Counted from the stretch's first letter, positions 53,877-63,962 are shown. The stretch is DNA of 64,000 bases from an uncultured Acidobacteriota bacterium (GCA_963822445.1 CAWGHO010000002.1:928001-992000), one strand, 5' to 3'. Translations and numbers: made by a program. Notes: a model not told the origin generated them from the letters alone.

Positions 53877-53957
53877 AGTAGGCAGTATGCAGTAGGCAGT
53901 AGGCAGGAGAGAATGCCGCGTCGTCACTGCCTACTGCCCACTGCCCACTGCCTACTG
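53877..53957. repeat. Inverted tandem-repeat element, unit AGTAGGC, filling the pyrF/polX divergent spacer
   Basis: agtaggc-agtatgc-agtaggc-agtaggc ... gcctact-gcccact-gcccact-gcctact. Confidence 0.92.
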
Positions 53958-53959
53958 AT

Positions 53960-55621
53960 ATGGACAAGTTCACCGTTGCCCGCACGCTCGATGAGATCTC
54001 CCGCTACCTCGAGCTGAGCGATCCCAAACCCTTCCGTTCCCGCGCCTTCGAAAAAGCCGCGAGAGCCATCGAAAAACTCGACGAGGACGTCATCAAACTC
54101 GTGGAATCCGGCGAGATTCTGAACGTCTCCGGCATCGGCAAGGCCACGGCGGAGATCATCAAAGAGCTCGTGACCACCGGCGAATCGCGTTATCTGGCTG
54201 AGTTGCGCGCGCAGTTTCCGCCGGGCATCTTCGAGCTCCTGCGCGTCCCCCGCCTCGGTCTCCGCAAAATCGGCCAGCTCCACGCCGACCTCGGCATCGG
54301 CTCGCTCGATCAGCTCGAAGAGGCGGCGGCCGGCGGCAAGCTCGCGAAACTGAAAGGCTTCGGGCCGAAGACCGCCGAACAGATTCTCAAAGGCATCGCG
54401 TTCGCGCGGCAGCGGGAGTCGCAGTTCCTGCTGCCGGTCGGAATCGAAGTCGGGGAGATGCTGCGCGAGCGGCTGGCCGGCATCGACGAGATCGAAGACG
54501 CGGAGATCACCGGCAGCGTGCGACGCCGCCTCGAGGTGATCCGCAACGTGAACGTCGTCATCGCCACGAAGAAGCCCGCGGCCGTCGCGGAGAAGCTCAC
54601 CAGCGTCGTGGCGAAGCTCACGCCGATCGACGAAGACACGTACAAAGGCGTCGCGCGCAACGAGGTCGACGTGCTTTTTCACCTCACCCTGCCGTCCGAA
54701 TTCGGCTCGACCGTTCTCCGCACGACCGGCAGCGCCGAATTCGTCGCAGCGTTCGGCAAGATCCCGAAAGCGAAGAAGGAACAGCACGCCTTCAAAGACG
54801 TCCCCTTCATCGAGCCGGAACGCCGCGAGTCAGCGGAGGACCTGAAGAAAAAGAAGCAGCCGAAGCTGGTGAAGCTGGAGAACATCCGCGGCACGTTTCA
54901 CGTCCACACCACCTTCTCCGACGGCCGCAACACCGTTCTGGAGATGCTCACCGCCGCGCATGGACGCGGGTGGGAGTACGTCGGCATCTCCGACCATTCG
55001 AAGGCCGCGTACTACGCCGGCGGGCTCACCGAAGAGCAGTTGAAGGAGCAGCACGCCGAGATCCGCCGTCACGAAGGCAGCGTGAAACCGATGCGGGTCT
55101 TCCGCGGCAGCGAAGTTGACATCCTCTCCGATGGGACAATGGACTACGGCGACAAGATCCTCTCGAAGTTCGACTTCGTCATCGCCTCGGTCCACTCGAA
55201 CTTCAAGACCCCGAAAGACGAGATGACCGATCGCATCCTCAAAGCCATGGACGACCCGCACGTGACCTTCCTGGGCCACCTCACCGGGCGCCTGCTGCTC
55301 TCACGCGAAGGTTACGGCGTCGACTACGACCGGATCTTCGACAAGGCAGCGGACCGCGGCGTGATGATCGAGATCAACGGCAACCCGCGCCGTCTCGACG
55401 TCGACTGGCGCCATCTGAAGAAGGCCGTCGACCGCGGCGTGATCTTCAGCATCCACCCCGACGCCCACTCGATCAGCGAATACAACGCCGTCATCACCGG
55501 CACCTGGGTCGCGCGCAAAGGCGGGCTGTCGCCGAAGCACATCTTCAACACGCGAACGGTGGAAGAGGTCGAAGAGTTTCTTGCGGCGCGTAAGAAAACG
55601 TCGGGGCCGGCGCGTGGGTGA
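53960..55621 (+). CDS. polX: DNA polymerase X family / PHP-domain protein
   Basis: HhH motifs, GSVRR; PHP motifs HVHT.FSDG, SDHS, EIN, PDAH. Confidence 0.92.
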   Translation: MDKFTVARTLDEISRYLELSDPKPFRSRAFEKAARAIEKLDEDVIKLVESGEILNVSGIGKATAEIIKELVTTGESRYLAELRAQFPPGIFELLRVPRLGLRKIGQLHADLGIGSLDQLEEAAAGGKLAKLKGFGPKTAEQILKGIAFARQRESQFLLPVGIEVGEMLRERLAGIDEIEDAEITGSVRRRLEVIRNVNVVIATKKPAAVAEKLTSVVAKLTPIDEDTYKGVARNEVDVLFHLTLPSEFGSTVLRTTGSAEFVAAFGKIPKAKKEQHAFKDVPFIEPERRESAEDLKKKKQPKLVKLENIRGTFHVHTTFSDGRNTVLEMLTAAHGRGWEYVGISDHSKAAYYAGGLTEEQLKEQHAEIRRHEGSVKPMRVFRGSEVDILSDGTMDYGDKILSKFDFVIASVHSNFKTPKDEMTDRILKAMDDPHVTFLGHLTGRLLLSREGYGVDYDRIFDKAADRGVMIEINGNPRRLDVDWRHLKKAVDRGVIFSIHPDAHSISEYNAVITGTWVARKGGLSPKHIFNTRTVEEVEEFLAARKKTSGPARG

Positions 55622-55639
55622 GCAACCTGCGCCGGCCCC
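55603..55639. terminator. Hairpin at the convergent polX/downstream gene junction
   Basis: GGGGCCGGCGCG ... TGCGCCGGCCCC. Confidence 0.5.
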
Positions 55640-55672
55640 TTCGAAATGAGAAAAAACAGCGCTGTCGTTTGG

Positions 55673-56348
55673 TCAGCGCTTCGCGGATACGACAATCATG
55701 AGAGCGCGGCCGGCATTCGGCTGCCGGGTCGCGCTGAGGATCACTGTCTGCCCCAGTTTCAGGTTCAGGGTGGTCTTGAGCACTTGCGTGAGCTGGTCGC
55801 CTTCCCGGCGTGACAACTTCAGGTCGCTGAGCTGGATCGAGTCGCTGGCCGGATCGTACGCACCGAACTTGAAGTCGGCGCGGTAGTTATCGAGCTCGAG
55901 GAGTCCGGCCTGTCCTTCGCTGCCGGTCACGTCCGCCGCGCCGATGTTCTCCAACTCGTTGTAGCGGAGCAGGGCCAGTTTCGGGGCGATGTCGCGAACT
56001 TCATCGGCGATCCTCGGCTCCTCACCCGCGCGGACACGGCCCGCGGAAACAAGCCGGATCGCGAGGCGGAACGGCTGCGGCGGAACGTCGAATGCCGCAA
56101 GCGCGGCGGCGATCTTCTTCAGATTCTCCGGCGTCGTCGCTGACAACGAGGCCATTGGCAGTGATGGAGACCGAGCCCTCGATGCCGCGCAGCGACTTGA
56201 TCGCCGCGGCGGCCGCTTCGGCCGGTTTGTGCTTGAACTGGAAGGTCCGCACGGAAAGGCTCTTCGCCTCGGCAGGCGCTGCATCCGCGAACGCGGGAGC
56301 CGCTGCAAGGAAGAGAGCCACAAAACAGATCATCAAACGCTTCGTCAT
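55673..56348 (-). CDS. Exported protein with a secretin-N/NolW-like domain (apparent +1 frameshift at about 56135)
   Basis: Signal peptide; RTFQFKH..A.....; NGLVVSD(T)PENLKKI...L..FDVPP resembles secretin N-domain repeats. Confidence 0.6.
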
Positions 56349-56869
56349 AAGTCCGCCGGGAGGTTTTCGTCGAAGATCATCACGATCTTCACGTCGTCGC
56401 CGGCTTGCTGAGACGGCACCTCAACGATCGTTGCATCAGGCGAGTCATACGTCTCTACTGTTGCTTTAGTGATTAGGGCTTTCGTCGTAAGTACTTTCGG
56501 AGTGACATGCGCGACCTGCGTCGGAACCGCGGCCGGAGCAGATTCGTATCGGTAAGCGATCGTGGCGCCGGTAACCGTAGCGGCGATCGTCGCCGCAATG
56601 GCCAGCCGGCGGGTGATGCTCATCCGCGGCCGCGCTTCGATCGTCGTCTCGGCGCCGCGCACGCGCACCTGCTGCATGACGTCGTCGACGAAAGCGTCGA
56701 TGCCGCCAGGCGGAATCATGTCCCCGCCGCCAAGAGCGCGGAACATGACGTCGGGATCGATCGTCGCCGCGAAATCGAGGCAGCGGTCGCAGGTGCGGAT
56801 GTGATCGAGCAGCACCGCGTCGTCAGTCGACGCATGAAAGCGGGTCCGGAACGCGTCGCAGGAGATCAT
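56345..56869 (-). CDS. Zinc-binding anti-sigma factor
   Basis: HIRTCDRC; single TM; follows the ECF gene. Confidence 0.78.
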   Translation of the reverse strand: MISCDAFRTRFHASTDDAVLLDHIRTCDRCLDFAATIDPDVMFRALGGGDMIPPGGIDAFVDDVMQQVRVRGAETTIEARPRMSITRRLAIAATIAATVTGATIAYRYESAPAAVPTQVAHVTPKVLTTKALITKATVETYDSPDATIVEVPSQQAGDDVKIVMIFDENLPADL

Positions 56870-57483
56870 CGCTGCCTCCAGAGCTGCGCGTATTCGGGAT
56901 AGCGCTTCTGCAATTGCTGCTGCATCAGCTTGCGGGCGTTGAAGAGGTGATTGCGGACGGTCGACTCGCGGCAGCCGAGGATCTTTGCGATCTCGGCGGA
57001 CGGGAGATCTTCCATCTGGTTCATCACGAAGATGGTCTTCTGCTTGGGCGAGAGGACGTCGGAGATCTCGTTGAAGACGTTCTCGACTTCCTTCCGCTGT
57101 ACGACCACACCCTGCTCGGCGTCCGCGGAGGTCTTGACCAGGCGGAGGTTGGAGTTCACGGCGTTGTCGCGCGACTGCTTGTTGCGCATGAAGTCGATGG
57201 CCACGTTCGTCACCATCCGGTACAGCCAGGTGTCGAACGCGTACGCGGGGTCGTACTTCTCGAGGTTCTCCCAGAGCTTGAGAAACACGAGCTGGGAGAT
57301 GTCCTTGGCATCCTCGGAGTTCCCGATGATCCGGTAGCAGAGCGCGTAGACCTTGGAGGTCTTGCGGCGGACGAGCGTCTCGAACGCATCGGCGTCGCCG
57401 CTCCGGATCGTCTGCACGAGCTGGCGATCGTCGGGCTCGACGGTAGGGGTCGTCGGGATCATCAGGCGGAGTTCCGCGGACAT
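56866..57483 (-). CDS. ECF RNA polymerase sigma factor
   Basis: DAKDISQLVFLKLW, FDTWLYRMVTN, EIAKILG..ESTVRNHLFNAR. Confidence 0.93.
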   Translation of the reverse strand: MSAELRLMIPTTPTVEPDDRQLVQTIRSGDADAFETLVRRKTSKVYALCYRIIGNSEDAKDISQLVFLKLWENLEKYDPAYAFDTWLYRMVTNVAIDFMRNKQSRDNAVNSNLRLVKTSADAEQGVVVQRKEVENVFNEISDVLSPKQKTIFVMNQMEDLPSAEIAKILGCRESTVRNHLFNARKLMQQQLQKRYPEYAQLWRQR

Positions 57484-57540
57484 GTTGCCCTAAGTACGGG
57501 GGCGAGTTTGGAAACGTCTAGTTCGGCTGCTGCGCTTCCC

Positions 57541-57611
57541 GTTACGGGGTTACGAGGTTACGGGGTTCCGGAGTGGAACCTCGAAACCTCGAAACCCCGG
57601 AACCCCGTAAC
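57541..57611. repeat. Inverted tandem-repeat element, unit GGTTACGR
   Basis: gttacggg-gttacgag-gttacggg-gttcc ... ggaac-ctcgaaac-ctcgaaac-cccggaac-cccgtaac. Confidence 0.92.
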
Positions 57612-57629
57612 TGCTACAATCCGCAGAAC

Positions 57630-58940
57630 ATGCGAGTTCTGGTCGTCGGTCAGGGTGCGCGTGAGCATGCCCTCTGCTGGAAGCTCAAGCAATCCCCTCT
57701 GGTTCGAGAGATTTACGCGGCACCCGGCAATGCCGGAATCGATTCGGTCGCCTCCTCGGTCCCGATCGGGGTCGCCGACATCATCGAGCTGGCCGATTTC
57801 GCCGAAAAGCTGAAGATGGACCTGACCATCGTCGGCCCCGAGCTCCCCCTGACCCTGGGCATCGTCGACGAGTTCCAGAAACGTGGGCTTCCCATCTTCG
57901 GCCCGACCCGTCTGGCCGCCGAGCTCGAGGGCTCGAAGGTCTTCTCCAAGGAATTCATGAAGAAGTACGGGATCCCGACCGCGAACTCGGTCACCGCCAG
58001 CTCTGCGGACGAGGCCAAGGCTGCGCTGAAGGAGATCAAGCTGCCGGCCGTCCTCAAGGTCGACGGGTTGGCGGCCGGCAAGGGCGTCATCATCGCGGAG
58101 ACGAAGGAAGAGGCCGCGGAGTTCTTCAACACCGTCTTCGAGGAGAAGCGCTTCGGCAACGCCGCGACGCGGATCCTGGTCGAAGAGTTCCTGACCGGCG
58201 AGGAAGTCTCGTTCATGGTCATCACCGACGGGAAGAAGTTCCTCCCGCTCGCGCCGGCCAAGGACTACAAGAAGGCTTTCGACGGCGACACCGGCCCGAA
58301 CACCGGCGGCATGGGCGCTCACTCGCCCGCCGTCGTCCTCGGCGGCGAGACCGCGGCCGAGATCATGAAGTCGGTCATCATCCCCACGATTCAGGGCATG
58401 ACCGCGGAAGGCCGTCCGTACACCGGCGTGCTCTACGCCGGCCTGATGCTCACCGCGAACGGTCCCAAGGTCCTCGAATACAACTGCCGCTTCGGCGATC
58501 CCGAAACGCAGGTGCAGATGCTCCGGCTCGAGGACGATCTCGCCGACGTCTGCCTCCGCGTCGCCCGCGGCAACCTCGGCGACATGAAGGCGCTGAACTG
58601 GAAGAAGGAAGCCGCGGCCTGCGTGGTCATCGCCGTCGACGGCTACCCGGACGATCATCCCAAGGGTCAGGAAGTCGTGTTCGATCCGATCGACGACGAC
58701 GCCGTGGTCGTCTTCCACGCCGGCGTGGTCAAGAAAGGTGGGAAGTTCGTGAATCAGGCCGGGCGCGTGGTCAGCGTCTGCGCTCGCGCGGCTTCTCTGT
58801 CCGAGGCTCTGGCGAAGGCGTACCAGGCGGCGCCGAAAGTGCGGTTCGAAGGCGCGCGTTACCGGCGCGACATCGGCTACCGCGCCCTCGAAAGCGTTCA
58901 ATCCGCACGCGAGAGCGGGATATCCTTCCGCCCCGCATGA
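57630..58940 (+). CDS. purD: Phosphoribosylamine-glycine ligase
   Basis: GAREHAL, APGNAG, DGLAAGKGV, GPNTGGMGA, YNCRFGDPETQ. Confidence 0.97.
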   Translation: MRVLVVGQGAREHALCWKLKQSPLVREIYAAPGNAGIDSVASSVPIGVADIIELADFAEKLKMDLTIVGPELPLTLGIVDEFQKRGLPIFGPTRLAAELEGSKVFSKEFMKKYGIPTANSVTASSADEAKAALKEIKLPAVLKVDGLAAGKGVIIAETKEEAAEFFNTVFEEKRFGNAATRILVEEFLTGEEVSFMVITDGKKFLPLAPAKDYKKAFDGDTGPNTGGMGAHSPAVVLGGETAAEIMKSVIIPTIQGMTAEGRPYTGVLYAGLMLTANGPKVLEYNCRFGDPETQVQMLRLEDDLADVCLRVARGNLGDMKALNWKKEAAACVVIAVDGYPDDHPKGQEVVFDPIDDDAVVVFHAGVVKKGGKFVNQAGRVVSVCARAASLSEALAKAYQAAPKVRFEGARYRRDIGYRALESVQSARESGISFRPA

Positions 58941-59443
58941 CGCAGACGAACAAACCCTGGGTTCTCATTGTGATGGGCAGCGACTCCGACGCGGAGACGA
59001 TGTCCCAGGCCGCCGCCGCGCTCGACGAGGTCGGCATCCCCTACGAATTCACCGTCGCCTCCGCGCACCGCAGTCCTGAGCGCGCGAAAGCGATCATCAC
59101 CGACTCCGAGGCGAACGGCGCCGCGGTGTTCATCGCCGGCGCCGGCATGGCCGCGCATCTGCCCGGCGTGGTGGCGTCGTTCACCACCAAGCCGGTGATC
59201 GGCGTCCCGCTCGCGAGCGGCGCGCTGCAAGGGCTCGACGCGTTGTACGCGATCGTGCAGATGCCGCCGGGAATCCCTGTTGCCAGCGTCGCGATCGGCG
59301 GCGCACGCAACGCGGGGATCCTCGCCGCGCAGATCATCGCCACATCGGACTCGGAGGTTGCCGCGCGATTGAAAGCGCAGCGCGTGTCGATGGCCGAGGC
59401 GGTGGCGACGAAGTCGAAGAAAGTGGAGAAGTCGACGCGCTGA
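58937..59443 (+). CDS. purE: N5-CAIR mutase
   Basis: MGSDSD, SAHR, AGMAAHLPG, VQMPPGIPVA. Confidence 0.97.
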   Translation: MTQTNKPWVLIVMGSDSDAETMSQAAAALDEVGIPYEFTVASAHRSPERAKAIITDSEANGAAVFIAGAGMAAHLPGVVASFTTKPVIGVPLASGALQGLDALYAIVQMPPGIPVASVAIGGARNAGILAAQIIATSDSEVAARLKAQRVSMAEAVATKSKKVEKSTR

Positions 59444-59451
59444 GGTGCCCG

Positions 59452-60366
59452 ATGGCGCACCATCACCATCATCACGACCACAGTCACTCGGTCTCGCGCA
59501 AGCTGACCATCGCCACGGGCGCGAACCTGCTCGTGGTCGTCGCCGAACTGGCCGTCGGTTTCTACGCCGGCTCCCTGGCCCTCCTCGGCGACGCGCTCCA
59601 CAACCTCACCGACGCTCTTGCTCTCGTCATCGCATTGGTCGCGGTGCGGCTGGAGCGGCGCGCACCGACCGCCGAAAAATCATTCGGGTACCAGCGCGCG
59701 GGCGTGCTCGCCGCGTTCATCAACGCGGGCATGCTCATGGCCTTCACGCTGCTGCTGTTCCGCGAGGCGTACGAACGTCTGCAAACGGCGCACTCCGTCG
59801 AGCCGAACCTGATGCTGATCACCGCCGCGGTGGCGCTGCTCGTCAACACCTGCACGGCGCTTTCGATCCGTCACGAGAGCCAGCACGACGTGAACATCCG
59901 CGGCGCATTCGTGCACATGGTCGGCGACGCGGTCTCGTCGGCAGGCATCATCGTGGCGGCGCTGCTGATCCGCGCCACGGGCGCGCCGCAGTGGGATGCG
60001 ATCATCACGATCTTCATCGGCCTGCTGATTCTCTGGAGCAGCTACGGCGTGCTGAAGGAATCAGTGAATCTGCTCCTCGAAGGCACACCCTCGGGCATCG
60101 ATCCGGAGGAAGTCACCGAGGCCTTGGGACGCATCGACGGGATTCACGGCGTTCATCACCTGCACATCTGGGCGCTCGGACCTTCGAGTCCCGCGCTGTC
60201 GGCACATCTCATGGTCGGCGACGTGCCGGTGAAGACGACCGAGGCGTTACGCGATCAGGTGACGGAGATGCTGGCGCACGAGTACCGCATCGCGCACTGC
60301 ACCATTCAGTTCGAGTTCACCGAGTGTGCGCCGGACGATCCGTTCTGTGTGCCGTTCAAGCACTAA
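59452..60366 (+). CDS. Cation diffusion facilitator transporter (CzcD/ZitB-like)
   Basis: His-rich N-terminus; SLALLGDALHN, FGYQR, HMVGD, HHLHIW. Confidence 0.93.
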   Translation: MAHHHHHHDHSHSVSRKLTIATGANLLVVVAELAVGFYAGSLALLGDALHNLTDALALVIALVAVRLERRAPTAEKSFGYQRAGVLAAFINAGMLMAFTLLLFREAYERLQTAHSVEPNLMLITAAVALLVNTCTALSIRHESQHDVNIRGAFVHMVGDAVSSAGIIVAALLIRATGAPQWDAIITIFIGLLILWSSYGVLKESVNLLLEGTPSGIDPEEVTEALGRIDGIHGVHHLHIWALGPSSPALSAHLMVGDVPVKTTEALRDQVTEMLAHEYRIAHCTIQFEFTECAPDDPFCVPFKH

Positions 60367-62069
60367 CGCGGCAACACGTACGAATCGGGATACGTGAACG
60401 TCACCACCGCCCGCGTCACGCCGTTCTGGAGCGCGATGGCGAGGTTCGGCGACATCACGTAAAACGGGCGCAGGTCGATCTGGTTGGAGATCAGCAGCGT
60501 CCCCGAAGTCATGCAGAGATCGCCAACGCGATGCACGTTCTCCAGCGGTTTTTTCGGCCGCATGGTCGTGTAGAGCCGGTTCACTTCGTCGCGCAGCTCG
60601 CCATGGGGGCGCTGCTGGTAGACCTTGTTCAGCGACGCCAGCGACAACTCTTCGCGCGACACGCGGGACTTGTCGTCGTACGAGTACGCGATGGTCGCCG
60701 CCCAGTCGGTCTTCGGCGCGCCCTCGGCGAGGAAGCCTTCGTAACCGCCTTTGATCTTGACGATGCTCAGCGCGTCGTTCGCGTACTCGTAATCGGCGGT
60801 CATCGACACGAAATGATTGCAGGCCGCGGTGTTCTGATACTCGACCTGCTGTTGCGTGATCCTGCCGGACGCATCGTACGTGTAGCGATTCGTGTAGCGC
60901 TGCGCGTCGATGATCAGATCCTCGCGATCGAGCAGCCACACACCCTTACCTGCTTCGGGGTGCGCGACGTAGGTGAGGATCTCCCCGCCGGTGGTCGACG
61001 AGACTTTCTCCAGATACTCGGCGCCTTGCGTCAGGCGCACCTGATTGCCCTGGCGATCGGCCCAGTTCTGCAGCACATCGCCCATGTACGTCCACCCCTC
61101 GGCACGCCGCGCATCCTGAACCGCCTTCTGACGCGCGGCCGTGTAGCGAAGCGACTCCATCGCCGTCCCGCCCTTGTTCATGCAGGGAAGGATGTCGTTG
61201 CGATTGAAGCGCTCGTCGGAGAAGTAGGTCGCGCGCGTTGCCGAGGCGCCTTCGACGCACGGCCGCGAGTTCCAGACCGGCGATTTGACGAGGTACGGGC
61301 CATGCCAGCAGCGGTGACACCAGGTCGCGTCGTCGTCGAGCTTGTGACCGCAGAACGAGCAGACGATCTTGGTGCGCATGTCGTCGAGCTCGCGCTGCAC
61401 CGCGTACACGTGCTCGTCGATGCTGCCCTTCTTTTCGACGTCGGTCTCGAGCTGCGCGTAGCGCCGGTAACGCTCGATCGCGGTGGCCAGCTCTCCCTGT
61501 TTCTCGAGCACGAGGGCCTGGTTGTAAACCGCGGCAGCATCGTTCGGCCGCAGCTCCTCGGCCTGCTTGAACAGCCGCAACGCCTCGGCCAGCTCGCCGC
61601 GCCCGTAAACGAACCGCGCGCGGTTGAAGAGGTCCGCGTACTCCTGATCGGCCTGACGTTTCTTCTGAAGCTCGCGCTGGAAATCGAGCTCGAACTGCAA
61701 CTTCGCCATCAGCGCTTTCTCGGGACCGTTCGGGAAGAGCCGCTGGTACTTTTCGACGGCGACCTGCGCATCGACATACCGGCCGGCGCGCGTGAGCACG
61801 ACCGCCATGTTGTAGACAACCGCGGATTGATCGGGTTTGAGCGCGTCCGCTTTCGCCAGATGCTCGTATGCCGACGAGTACTCGCCCATTTCCGCGAACT
61901 TCTTGCCGAAGAAGACCGCTTTCGCGAATTCGTCATCGGACGGAACCGGGACGGGCTCCTGCTGGGCGAGCGCCGCAATGCAGAATGCAGAATGCAGAAT
62001 GCAGAATGCGACAACGGCAAAGGCGTTCCTGATTCTGCATTCTGCATTCTGCATTCTGCATTTCCTCAT
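60363..62069 (-). CDS. Exported TPR protein with Cys-rich zinc-ribbon-like and YD-like regions
   Basis: ATGA overlap with the upstream gene; TPRs; CSFC..WCHRCWH; YTYDASGRI, YSYDDKSRV. Confidence 0.75.
   Translation of the reverse strand: MRKCRMQNAECRIRNAFAVVAFCILHSAFCIAALAQQEPVPVPSDDEFAKAVFFGKKFAEMGEYSSAYEHLAKADALKPDQSAVVYNMAVVLTRAGRYVDAQVAVEKYQRLFPNGPEKALMAKLQFELDFQRELQKKRQADQEYADLFNRARFVYGRGELAEALRLFKQAEELRPNDAAAVYNQALVLEKQGELATAIERYRRYAQLETDVEKKGSIDEHVYAVQRELDDMRTKIVCSFCGHKLDDDATWCHRCWHGPYLVKSPVWNSRPCVEGASATRATYFSDERFNRNDILPCMNKGGTAMESLRYTAARQKAVQDARRAEGWTYMGDVLQNWADRQGNQVRLTQGAEYLEKVSSTTGGEILTYVAHPEAGKGVWLLDREDLIIDAQRYTNRYTYDASGRITQQQVEYQNTAACNHFVSMTADYEYANDALSIVKIKGGYEGFLAEGAPKTDWAATIAYSYDDKSRVSREELSLASLNKVYQQRPHGELRDEVNRLYTTMRPKKPLENVHRVGDLCMTSGTLLISNQIDLRPFYVMSPNLAIALQNGVTRAVVTFTYPDSYVLPR
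61977..62062. repeat. Inverted tandem-repeat element, unit AATGCAG (7-mer), inside a coding region
   Basis: (AATGCAG)x4-AATGC ... (ATTCTGC)x4-ATT. Confidence 0.93.
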
Positions 62070-63389
62070 CGCAAAAATCCCTCGACGACCGTCGACAACC
62101 ACAGCCGCTGATCCTCGGTCGGCTGCGTCTGGGCGAGCACGAGATACAACGCGCGCTTCTTCTGTTCCGGCGAGAACCGGCCGGTCGTGTCGCGCAACGC
62201 GCGTTCCGGCGCGGCGGCCACGTCGGCCTCGATCTCCATGATCACGTCGGCCGCATCCTGCGGCGCCCAATGCGGCTTGATCCCTTCGCCGAACAGCTTG
62301 CCGATGACCTCCAGCCGCTCGGCTTCGCTCTCCGCTGCACGCGTTGCCGCGGCGAGCCTGCTGCGGTTCCCGGAGCCTTCGATCAACAGGCGCAGGTTCG
62401 ACAGCAACTGGATGCGCTGCATGCACGCCTCGAAGATCTTCGTCTTGAGGTTTTCGTCGCTGATCACCGCCGACGCCTTGAGGACGTTGGTGATGCGCTG
62501 GGTCTCGTAGCTGATGAATCGCTCCGCCGTCTCCTGCGCGCTCAGCGAGTCTTCGTTGTTCTGCTCGATCTCGTTCGAGTCCGCAACCGTGGACTGCGAG
62601 GGTTGCGGATCGAGATCCGGTGCCGCCGGCACCTCCACAACGGTCTCCGAGATCTGCGGTTCGGGCCCGGGCGAGGTAATCGGCGCGTTCGGGTCGGCGT
62701 CCAGCACGTTGGGCGTCTCCGCAACCACGGGTGCCGGCGGAGGCGCGGTTCCGATCTCCATCAGTGGAAGATCGAGCGCCGCGACCGTGGGCTTGCTCGT
62801 GTCGATGGTCTTCGTCGCCCGCAGCTCGTCGGTCGAGGTCGCCGCGGCGACAGGCGCGGACTGCGGCATCGGCACGAGCTTCGGCCCCGACAGAAGCGGC
62901 GTCGACCGGCGGATCGGCGTAGAGACCGCGGATGAGTGGCGAATCGGTGGGAAGCTTGTTGTCGATGAGCCGCTCGCGGACGCGCAGCCGCGTCTCTTCG
63001 GCGTCGCGCAACTGCAGCGTCCGCTGCGCTTCCGGCAGATAGCTCTGGCTGGACCGGTCGTTGGTCATGTCGCAGTGACACGGTCCGAACCGGTCGTTCT
63101 GATACTGCTCCTGCTGTTTCGTCACGCGGAAGAACTCGGCGACGGCGAGGTTCGCGGCGACCTGAACCTCACGCGCGCGCTCACATGCGTTCTGCGTCGC
63201 GTACGGCGTTCCCGCGGTGACGTCGACGAACTGCTTCGTGTCCGGGCGGTACATCTGGACGTGAAAGTGGAAGGCGTCGCAGGCCTTGCCGGACGGCGCT
63301 CCGGCGCAAACCAGCCCCTGCTGCGCGGAGGCAGTGCCGGCCGCCAGGAGGAGCGCGGCGAGGAGCATGAGGGGGTATCGGGATCGCAT
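62066..63389 (-). CDS. Exported hypothetical protein (apparent +1 frameshift at about 62905)
   Basis: Signal peptide MRSRYPLMLLAALLLAAGTASA; Cys-containing N-domain; continues in the 62066..62875 frame. Confidence 0.65.
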
Positions 63390-63488
63390 GAGGCGCTGAA
63401 CGGTCGCGTGATTATAACGAGCCGAGGTAAACGAACGGTTCAACGCGGGCGTCTGTCGGTCGTATTGATCGCGAAAGGAAAACACGAC

Positions 63489-63962
63489 ATGAAGAAACGC
63501 AACGCACTCATCGCAACGATCCTCGCCGTCGGCGTCCTGACGGTTGCCCCTCTCCTCGACGCGGCCCCGGGACGCCATCGCGGCCCTGGCGGGCACGGCG
63601 GTCCGGGCATCTTCGGCCATCTGAAGCATCTGCAGGAAGAGCTCGACCTCAGCCAGGCCCAGGTCGATCAGATTCGCGGAATCTTCGCCGAGCTGAAGAC
63701 GCAGAACGAGGGAAACCGCGAGCAGGTTCGCGGCGGATTCCACGCCGTTGCCGAAACGCTGCTCAAGAACCCGAACGACCTCTCCGCCGCGCAGGCGATG
63801 CTCGACCAGCAGACCGCCGCTGAGCGCGCCATGAAGGCGAACATGCTCGCCGCGACGGCCAAGGCCTTCAACGTTCTCACCGCCGATCAGCGCGCCGAGC
63901 TGGCGCAGATCATCGAAGACCGCGGCGAGCGCCGCCGCGAACGCCGCGGCAAGCGCCCGTAA
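63489..63962 (+). CDS. Spy/CpxP family periplasmic protein
   Basis: Signal peptide; ELDLSQAQ and VLTADQR (LTxxQ) motifs; AAGGA SD. Confidence 0.88.
   Translation: MKKRNALIATILAVGVLTVAPLLDAAPGRHRGPGGHGGPGIFGHLKHLQEELDLSQAQVDQIRGIFAELKTQNEGNREQVRGGFHAVAETLLKNPNDLSAAQAMLDQQTAAERAMKANMLAATAKAFNVLTADQRAELAQIIEDRGERRRERRGKRP

Noticed and set aside
59455-59490. Poly-His tract suggesting an engineered His-tag
   Set aside because: His-rich N-termini are natural in CDF metal transporters, and no vector sequence is nearby.
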